Assembly (NCBI GenBank): GCA_012026655.1
Contig: JAAILG010000203.1
Span: 1 to 64,000 of the forward strand
Length of the DNA stretch: 64,000 nucleotides
Source of the DNA: Hydrolagus affinis
Lineage: Eukaryota
Direction of reading: 5' to 3'
Position 1 is the stretch's first letter, and every line of letters begins with the position of its first letter. The notes beneath the pieces are model-generated. The model was given only the letters and a program-made list of their open reading frames with translations, was not told the origin of the DNA and made no database searches. This document shows, one piece after another, positions 28,506-64,000 of this stretch. The position numbers were made by a program, and so were the translations under genes.

Positions 28506-29342
28506 TCGTCAATATCAATTTCTGATACTACTTCCTGAGTCTTCTTGTAGCATTCGTGACCCAACAACAACAACATTACATTGATAGAGCGCCTTTCATG
28601 TTGGGAAGACGACCCATACAGGATGATGTAGAAAGGAAGTGCAATATAGAAAGGAACTTTTTCAGTTTCTGTAGTTTGTAAATTGTCTTTGACAATGTCT
28701 GATGCGACATTTATCGACCCTTATATACTTCTGTGTAGTCTTGGCTGTCTTTTCAAGTGGCACAGTAATTTGCTGATCACGAGTGCTTTTGTTTCAATGG
28801 GAAAAGAAGAGTATGAGGATAATATTTCATTTATTTTAGAATAGTCTCTTTGAAAGGCGAAGGGTTGATTGAATGACCCATCACAATGCAACATCCATCA
28901 TGAGTGATTCATGTGAAGTTGCTTTGCATTCTTGCTGTCTTTTATTTTCCTTCATCATTGTCATTTCCATCTTGCTAAGTTTATCTATTGTGTTTCAACT
29001 TTCCTATAGTGAGATTTGTTTGCTTTCTTTCCTCTTGTGACTCTTCTTGTTCTATTTCCTCCTTCCACTATGCTTGTTAAGGTTACTTCAAGATTTAAAA
29101 AAAATCTAGTGAATGGGATACCTTGAAATCCATTCCTTTCAATAGAGCTAGAGGGAGCAATTTTTGAATGTCAACAATGGTAAATCATGTTGGGAGGAAG
29201 TTTTAGAGCAGCAAGGTTGATCGTCACAAGGCAGCTTTCCTGTGACTGCCTCTGATAGCTGGAGTAATACTTTGTATGGATCTCACTGAGTTAATGTTTC
29301 TTTTTTAAAAAAAGTGATGAGTAGTATTGTCCTGTATAGTGT

Positions 29343-29679
29343 GGAGTCCTATAGCTTAGTGGTTGGATCACTCATATCGCAAGCGAAAGGACATGGGTTT
29401 AAGTTCTGGGCAGGGCGAAACGTTGGGCAAGTTTCCTTACTCCACCGACCTGTTTCCTTCATCATTAAGTAGGAAGCAGTAAGTGGGAACCAGTTTGTTA
29501 GTTGATTGGTGAATAACTTTTGAAGATAATAAAATTGATGGTCACTCAATCCATGACAGTTTGTGGGACACAATTAGATCCTGTGATTTGCCCACAAAAT
29601 ATAGTCAATTCTGTATTTTCTGTGAAGCGCTTGTCTTAAAGACGTGATAACGCATTATATCAAATGCAAAGATTATTAT
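29343..29679 (+). mobile_element. Full-length SINE with an extra ~75-bp internal segment
   Basis: ggagtcctatagcttagtgg head, body and tail ending atcaaatgcaaagattatt. Confidence 0.82.
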
Positions 29680-31402
29680 GGGGAAAAAATTGTTCATACA
29701 GAGCTCAAAAGGATATAGAGCTGCAAGCAGTTAAGACATAACATTCATTTTCTTTATGAAAATAATGTTTAATGTAAAGATTTTGTATTGCAGCATTTAA
29801 AAATTGTGAGAATAGTGAAGCCTAGATGAAAATGGAGTAGTGTAAGACTATTTTCATTTGATGTGTAATCATTGTAGTGCTGTTTATTTTAAGAGGAACT
29901 CTTTGTTTTATCTTGGTTGAAATGTACTGGGTTAATGGGGGGGTTTATATGATGGAAACGTAACATTCCCTCCTTATGTACTAAGCAATATTAATTTCTC
30001 ACTCAGAACCAGATTCAGTCAGCCAGCTCATTTTATACGTGGGATATTTCTGGGACAAATTAAGAATCATTAATCTAGCAATTCTTGCAATTGATTAGTT
30101 ACAGCATTAGAAAAGTAACCGGTTGTTAGTTAATTCATGATATCACATTTGTATTAAATTAATGTAAAGACTGTATAATCCCATTTCAGATTTCTGTCAT
30201 TAGGAGAGGTAGAGCTGGCAGATCAACAGTGTTGGAAAACTGAGGTTTGACAGTGCAGGAATATGCAATGCAAAATTACGTTAGTAAAGTGCCTTTCATG
30301 TCGGGAGGATGTTCCAAAGTCAGGGATTGGGGAACAGGACCCAAACGGGGGTATTGGGGTTCAGCATCAGGTAGGGCGGAGAGAGGATGTGGGATTGAGT
30401 TCCAGAGGGCTGGGACAGTGCAGTTACAGGACCGATCACTCATGTGGCAGGCTAGTCGGGGGACTTGGAGCAGACTGGAGCCTACAGAGCAGGGATAGCA
30501 GACAGGTTGATAACTGGTTATCAGATCGGAGAGGTAGTTAATAGATGGGTTAATAGAGGCAAGACTGTTAATATATGCCAGAAATTAAAAACTACAGGTT
30601 GAGCCTGATTAGGTGAAGAGAAGATCAGCACATGGGAGAAGAGCAGCGGTGGTCAAGGGAAGAAAAAGGATGTGAAATTTCTATCGACTGATTGTTCAGA
30701 ATGCACAAAGGACATTGGGCTTGAAGAAGATTATCATGCATAAAGTTTGAACAATAATAACAAAAATACATTTGTATAGTCAGGAGGACGTTCCAATGCG
30801 CTTGAAAGTCAATTTGTGGAGAAAAATTTACCTTGATGACAAACTGATATTTGACTCCATTAAATTTAGTTTCACGAATGTCGTTGTGAACCACTTCTGA
30901 ATAGAATTAGAAACCTCTGTTCTTGGCCATTGGGAGGTGGGTTTGCTTACTTTAATATTCGAGGCAGTTATATCTGATTTTAGCACAAAGTGAAATCTGC
31001 ATCTCATCTCTACAGTACTTGTTTCAGATTTGTAGGAGCTTATTACAGTCTTTCTGACTTTAGTGCTATACAGAAACTGCTTTAATCTTCAGAAGTAAAG
31101 ATATTGATTTTGATTCCTGGAAACTGATGTAATTCAGTTGCTCTAGAGCAGGTTGATCTAGAATCATTTTAAAAACTTTTTTAAAGTAGTTATATTACCT
31201 TGCAAAAGCAAGCTGAGACAATTTTGTTCTACTCAGTATTTTAGGAGCAAACATAACTGATTATGAAGGCGGAGTAGAACCTTTTGAAGAGAATTGGAAA
31301 GCAATGGACTGTATTCGTGAATATAAACTAATGCATATTTATTAACTATACTTACTCTCTGACAGGAATAAGGCTACTCAGTGAACATATCACATTGTCA
31401 TC

Positions 31403-56963
<25,561 letters not shown>

Positions 56964-57602
56964 ATGGCCCTTGAATAAAGGTGGCACTCATTACATTTTC
57001 TGCAGTAGAAGGCCCCTTCATAGCTAATTGGCCTACTATTCACCTAGTATGTATAAATTTTTGTGTTTATGTACAATACAGTGAAGAATTTTATGTATTG
57101 TGGCATAATTTCTTTCTGTATATAGGTTTCTGGACTGCTGTAGCATCCAAGTATTGATAACCTTTGTGTATTTGTGAATTGATTCACTGATTTCTAAAAC
57201 CAGTGTCAAACCTGAATTTCAGTCAGCTTCTTCATCGTGTTCTCTACTTATACTCAGTATGACAAATTGGGTAGTATAAGATTACTTTGTTTGACTGATG
57301 TTTGCTCACATGATCTTTTTGAAGCCTCAATGATTATTCTCTGTGATAACATTTGGGTTCCAAATGCTTCTTTTAACCAAATCAGTCCACCAAAATAACT
57401 TGGTACGCTACCTATATTTTTGTTTAGGCTAACACAGCTCCAACTATTTAATATTGAACGTGAGAAGAAAGTTTTCTCTGTTTAGTTTATTTAGAAAGTT
57501 TATCTGTTGCTTGTTATTTTTCCCTTGTGATCAGCTCAAGTTGAAATTTGTTGATTCTATATGGAATCATGAAGCATGGCATGAATATTTAAGTGTTTTT
57601 TT

Positions 57603-57608
57603 AATAAA
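57603..57608 (+). terminator. Likely CKAP5 poly(A) signal (alternatives at 56974 and 57846)
   Basis: AATAAA after a U-run at the end of an AU-rich UTR-like block, with GU-rich sequence downstream. Confidence 0.5.
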
Positions 57609-60600
57609 GATTTAAAATCGAGGTCTAAGTGTTGCAATATTAAAGTTAAGCTTGTATATTTCAAGTTAATGAATCTACCTATTGACTCCTAACTTTTTCT
57701 AGGTATAGAATGGTGGCTTAAATTGGTACTTTTATAGCTAGGGCCCTGTGTAAGTCAGTTTAGTAAACATGTCACAGAAGAATTCTGATCGAGAGTCATA
57801 ATTTGGAAGACTTTTTAAAAAAAAAAGTATTGGGGTAAGCATTACAATAAACACTGCATATATTTCAATAATTTGTTTGGGTTCCAGTCATTGATTTCTT
57901 AATTTTATGGATCAAAAGCCAGAAGAGATTTAGGTAAGTTTATAAGAAATTTATGCCTAAATTATAATTTTCATTTCGTAACTGGGATTTCAGATTTTCA
58001 TTTACTTCTGTGGAGTCGACTTACACTGGACCGTATCTATAGCTCTTTGCTAATTTACACCTTTCCCATCTTGTGGTACACAAATTGCTGCAAAGTAGAA
58101 TAGTTTAAAATGAGCATGTCTAAATGGTAAGCTTGTTAGCTTGACACTTAAAAGTTAAGTTTGTTAGAGCTGGGGAGTAAATTCAGCTTCGGTTTAAATT
58201 ACTACCTGCTTGAGAGTGGATCTAAAGTGTCATTTGACTGGCCTATTACCACAGTGATGCTTTGCACCTGTTAATGGTGTTGGTATGATGAAAACCATCC
58301 CCAGTTGTTTGCCATTGTGTGCTGGACTATTAAATCGATGGATCAAAGTAGGCAGCCAGGATTATGCCAGTCTTGACCAGATAAATCTGGCACTAATCTG
58401 TAACCAATGTAATCTGTAATTTAACCCAAGGGATTTTGCTCTGCAGGCATTGTCCAATTTAGAATGTCATGTTTGCTATTTGAGCCTCCAGGCAAAACTT
58501 GTAATCTCCATTGCATTAAAGCATCTCTGGAGTACAGGTGCAAACAATGATTTCAGGATTTTTGCTGTGTCTCTATTGGTTGAGTAGCTGTTCAGATGAT
58601 TGTAACACCCTTCTCACCCTTAAATTCATTTCACAGCAGTGAAGGTTGCACAGTTCAAACAAGATTAAAAGGAACTGGATCAAACTTGGTAATTGTTTTG
58701 TGCTACACCAGTGACTGCATCACAGTCACTATTCAAGTTTCCAAAGTAAAGTGACATAACAAATTTCTGACCTGTGCCCTGATGTTTTTGAAGGATTTTC
58801 TTTTAAGCATACTGGACATAGAGAATTATGGTAAGTACATCAGTACTTAATCAATGGGCTACATCTGCTGTTATAGAATTGTAGAAGATAAAGACCTAGG
58901 AACATGATTCATTTAAAAAATGTTTTGGTCAGTTCCAAATATGTATAATGCAAGTGACTATATAAAAGATTAATTCACCAGTTTTCCAACCTCAGTTATA
59001 TTATTGAGGTTTTACTGTTTTAAATTTTAAAAGATCAAGAAACACTAGTATTCACTTTAGCAGATCAAACAAACATGTAGTAACCTAACATTTAGGTGTG
59101 TATCCAAATATTTGAATTCTGTAATAAAACTGAGCTAGGGTTTTCCTTTAACGAACAAAACTTTACTTGATACATAATCTAATGCTCCAAACGTTCAAAA
59201 TAGACAAGATGTTTAATTTCAAACTCCATATTTCTGGATACAATTAAATATTGCAGAATTTAAGGCCTCTCCAAATGGCAGTGAGTTTCATTGGGGAAGG
59301 TGAAATATGAATAAGAGTCAATGGTGCTCTAATAAAACAAAGAAGTCAAAAGTATTTAGGAAATGGGAGGCAAGAAAATGTGCAGATTGATGATGATACT
59401 GGGGATGAGGGCTATTTTCGTGATTTATAGGGGTCACCAGTTTATCTTTTGTTTAAATGGCCATCTGTGACAAACCTGCAAATCTCTTAGCAGTCCAGAG
59501 AAGCCAAAGTATGTTGTTTGATTAAGCTTGGTTGTAGTTTGAAGCAGTGAGTAGATATATCCTATACCTGAAGAAAATGAGTGAGGTTTTCAATAATGTT
59601 TTTAGGAATTTCAACAGCACAGGAGTAGAGGAATAATAAAACCTGAAATAGGAGCCAATAGATTATATTAACTAGCCTGTAATCCAGTTGGGAAGAGGGA
59701 ATAAGTGAATTATGTAGGATCAATAATCAAGCAAAGATCATAAAATCATCGGAAATAATTGACATTGAGGTGGAAGAAATGCATTGACCCACAACAGTAT
59801 GAAAAGGTAATATAGTTGATTTATTTTGATTTTCAAAACATTTCCCGTGGTACATGAAAAAAAAGTGTCAAGAATATGTAGTTGGTGTGCATATTTCCTT
59901 TTAATGCTAAAATGGTTTTCATTAATTTGGAAGAAATTGTTCAAGTCTGATTCCAAGACTTGTGGCTAGGTGCCTTCGTAATATGAAAATGATCAGTATT
60001 TTTTAAGGATATTTTGTACTAAGTAGATTTGATAAGAGAAGTCAGTTAGTTATAGATCAATTATTGAAACAAAAAGATGAGATGCGGGCCACCAAAATAT
60101 GCGTAGTATGCTTTTCCTCAAGGTGTTTTTGTCAAACTTGTTGCTGATGATGGCAAAGACATCAGTGGAGCTCCATGACATTTTCATTCTATTTAGTGTT
60201 TTATTTCAAGTTAATTTGTGTTTGAGGGTGGGGGAAGAAAAAATGCTTGAAAAAGTGAGTTTGAATGATGAGAATTTGGCAGGTGGTAAATATGACTAAG
60301 AATAGGAATCCACCAGAGGGAGCTATTGCCAGCAAGACATTGTAGTTGGGAAAAAATCTATTGGGTTGATGTAAGTAACCTTGAAGCAAAGGTCATATAA
60401 GGCAGCAAACATGAGTTGAGCAAAGTAAAGAATGTACTGGTAGAAGAATGTACAAAATCTGACCGTGACTTTTGAAATTATGTTAATCGGACACTTTATT
60501 TCACATTCTGTAATTATGCATTATACACAAAGTCCTAACATTACGGAAATATCAATCTTAGTGACTTAGGGAGTCCTGGTAGCTTCAGCGGTCTCACAAG

Positions 60601-60967
60601 TAGTACAGTACTGTAGTAGTGTGAAAAAAAAATCCTGCTCTTCAGAACCCAAGCCACCAACATGGACAGAATATTTTGGTTTAACATATTGGAGGAATAT
60701 ACTGACTCCAACATTGCACTGTGAAGAAGGAGTGATGCATTGGAGTGTCACTTTAGATTATATACAGAATTTAAATTCTGGTATACATTACAAACTTACT
60801 CTCATGAGAGAACAGAGGACTATGAAAGCAAAGGTTAGAAGGAACTTAACTCAGAGGTCCCTGTTCAGGTGGAGTACTTTACTACTAGTGGCTATTAAGA
60901 CTCCATGCATAGAATCATTCAATTCTATTAAATAGACCAAGTATTTCAGAACTAAAACCAAAAAGAG

Positions 60968-61090
60968 ATGATAATAATACTCCTTGCATTTGATATAACG
61001 CCTTATCATGTCTGCAGTTTGCCAAAGCATGATACAGAATATCCTGTAAAGTGTATATTTTGTGGGTGAAATGTATAGTAACTGGACAAA
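60968..61090 (-). mobile_element. SINE 3' fragment
   Basis: ctccttgcatttgatataacgcc...ctgtaaagtg. Confidence 0.65.
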
Positions 61091-61667
61091 TATTCAAAGT
61101 GGGATTAATAAACAGTAGCAAAAAAACAGCAGTGGCAGAGATACAACGGGCCGAAAAGCTTTCTTCTGTGCTGAGAATATCCGGGTCTGAATTTGGATGT
61201 TTCATAACTATCACCTGTATCACAATTATTTAAAAAGCCACAAGGTGACAGCACCAACTCCAAGTTTTAGGGTAGATGTTTGTTGTTTAATTGTAGCCAA
61301 GTACTTTTTTTAAAAAAAATAGTTTTCTGAGGTAGATAACATGAACAACTTGCATTTTGTATATAGCGCACTTCACATGGGGCAGTGTCTCGGAGCGCTT
61401 AAACGCTCTCCATAGATAACCTTAAGAGTGCTGAAAGTCATGCTCTTTCTCCCCTCCCCGCCCCACCTCCATCTAGATTGAGGAGTCTACTTTCAGCACA
61501 TTCTAAAGGAGAAAATACAAATACTCATTGTAAAGTGCAATTCCAGACCATTTTATAATGTAATTTACCATTTAATGCTCGAGCTCTACAGTATTTTGCA
61601 TGTTACATTAATTTAATGTTTTTTTCCCATTGTGGAACTGATCAATTGGCAATGGCTGAAGATTTTT

Positions 61668-61728
61668 CCAGCGCCTTGGGACGTCCTCCCGACGTGAAAG
61701 GCGCTCTACAAATGTAACGTTGTTGTTA
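61668..61728 (+). mobile_element. Solo L2 3' tail. Similar tails at ~3835-3897, 10044-10110, 11782-11838(-), 14932-15010(-), 28562-28615(-), 32690-32747, 40820-40882
   Basis: gcgccttgggacgtcctcccgacgtgaaaggcgctctac...ttgttgtt, nearly identical to 56500-56562. Confidence 0.8.
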
Positions 61729-64000
61729 CAAATTTTATAAAATGACTACACATTATTTGCCAAGATAGCCAACGTTGATCTAGATATGAAAATGCCTCAG
61801 ATTCTAGTTCTATCAAGAAATCTACCTTCATTTCCAACCGTGAGGTTGTCCCAAAGTGCTTTTTGGGCGATACTACACAGTGGATTGACTTTTTTTGTTT
61901 CAAGTATTCCACCTTTGTTCCAAGACTTTCACAAAGTCTAACTTGCAGCTGGAATCCTCCATTCGTTTTTCAATCACATGAAACTCTGTAGGAAGTTAAC
62001 CTGAGTCTCCATTCCACTCCAATATTGCACATGTCCACTTATATCAGTGGCAAGAATGACATTCAGGAGAGTGATGTGTTTTGTGATTGCTTATCTTGAT
62101 TCCATGCACAACGGTAAAATCTGAACTAGAAATGAAAAATGTTTCGCAAAAGTTATACTGCAACACGTCAAATCTAAATACATTCATGTAGATCCCCCAA
62201 CATTGTCGCAGATTTGAGCTTCTAAATTCTTGAACCAGAATGAAGAATGCTTGGATTCTAAAGAGGAGCCTTGCAAATAACAATTGATACAAAAGTGAAT
62301 TACATACACTACCATGTGAAATACATACATGGTTCGCAAATGATTCACATTTTGTTGCAACTAGCAACAGCCGTAGACCATCACATCGAACAGACTACAG
62401 CACTTTATTCATAATGGCTTGATTATTTTTGTAATTATGTATTATAAAGAAATATAAAGTTGAGTTGGAATCAGTTACCGGCTATAATAATCCTTTGGTT
62501 CAGATTACATTTTAGAAATCATGAGAGCAAAACTATTTTTGCTGTTTGGTATCAACCCAAACCTTAGCTTGTATCATAGTTTTGAAACCCACTATAATTC
62601 AACTATTTTTCTAACTTTTATTGAAGGCTTCTGTAATCAGACTCTGTTTCAATACAAACTTTAATTGTAGCATATCGTTTTCAGATTATCGTCAATTATA
62701 TTCCAATTTCTACCCTGCTACACTCCCAATGTACAATATGTTCATTCAGGTTCAACACAAAGGGAGTGAAAAGTTGTCAAATGATTAAATGGATCTTGTT
62801 CCATTTCCACTCCATGTGGATGCTGTAACTGTCAGATTGGATTAGTTTACTTAGGTCTCATTCAATTCGTTGCTGGGTGTTTAAGGATGAGTAACTGATC
62901 AAAATTAGTTTCCCAATTATTGGGTGAGAGAATATCCATTTAATGGTTGCTAACTAGAGGCTGGAGTTTGAGGCATTTCATAACCTGTTCCATGTGGTAA
63001 AGCTGCAAACGACCCTGAGGTTTCACCAGATTTAGAAAATGTCTCTACTCCACTCATTCCCAAGAAAAAAAAATCATTAATACTTTAAAATTAGTTTATT
63101 TTAATATTTTGTCTGTACCAGTCTCAATCAAAAAAAAACTTTGTTAAGTAGTAAGTGTAAATAGTCAGACTGTTCAGATGGAAAAAATAGTTCCAATATC
63201 TGTGTGGTAATTCAGGAGTTTTGAAGCAGCAAAATTAACGTAACCGAACGTCCGGGAATGGTTCTTATTCCTGGAGGGAATAACCAGAGTGTGAGGGCTG
63301 TCACGGCTAATTCAATAGTGAATGGAATGGAGACTTATGCGGTCATCCAAGGTTCACGGGTTTCTGAAGGTTACACAATCTCAACGGTAAACATACTTTC
63401 ATAAATATGATTGTTCATAAGTATGATGATTAAAGCTAAAGATAGTTCTTTAGCTTTAAAGAAGTAAAAAAAAGTACAACTCTGGTCGTTTTTGGGTAAG
63501 TAGTTTCCAAACCCAGGTATTGTGTGAAATCACCATACAGAAGTCTAACACTGGTTGCTAAACTTACTATAATAACAATAATAATTATTATTTATTATTA
63601 ATAATCATTATTGGGAAAATATTTACATTTTATATAGGATTTATCGTACCAAGATGTTTCGAAGTACTTCACCGGTGGTTACTGTCAAGTCTAGTAACTT
63701 TTTCATGGGAAACACCACAATCAGTTTATGCACATCAAGGTCCCACAAATAGCCAAAGAGTAAATTAACCATTTATCTGGTAGATTGCAAACCAAGAAAT
63801 CAGGAGTAATCTCAATTTTTAAATATATATGCAGTATATATGTAGTGCTGTGCAATCTTTACCAATCAACTAAAGAGACATATTGGACATTGGCTTAACT
63901 TGAGATCTAAAGGCCAATAAAACCCCCCGAGAATAATGGATGTTAAAATGTGCTCGTTAGAATCCAATGTATATATTTTAGGACCACCTAAAGGTTTAAC

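Noticed and set aside
62044-62367. 107-aa minus-strand ORF as a possible F2 (prothrombin) 3' exon
   Set aside because: No serine-protease motifs or convincing splice sites were found in the frames I checked.

Overview
Vertebrate genomic DNA that is AT-rich and intron-rich. The repeat content (a tRNA-head/L2-tail SINE, DeuSINE-like, L2, CR1 and Penelope-like fragments) points to a cartilaginous fish, most likely a chimaera such as the elephant shark (inference). Two + strand genes can be reconstructed exon by exon, all with GT-AG introns. The first is the last 14 exons of LRP4 (115-16802: beta-propellers 3 and 4, EGF repeats, TM helix, NPSY motif, C-terminal ESEV) followed by a long 3' UTR. 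The second is a complete CKAP5/ch-TOG/XMAP215 gene: CpG-island promoter at ~25.7-26.9 kb, a putative non-coding exon 1, and 43 coding exons at 31403-56963 totalling 6102 nt (2033 aa). The LRP4-CKAP5 order and orientation match human. A CKAP5 intron hosts the C/D-box snoRNA SNORD67 (U6 C60 guide). The most notable non-coding signals are an intact minimal hammerhead-ribozyme core in a Penelope-like fragment downstream of the LRP4 stop, two inverted SINE pairs (one possibly in the LRP4 3' UTR, one at the CKAP5 promoter with shared private variants), a 64-bp inverted repeat just before the LRP4 NPxY exon, a Tigger-like MITE, an unclassified two-copy ancient repeat, and a candidate orphan exon near the window end. 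No prokaryotic or CRISPR system is present. All coordinates were read by eye.
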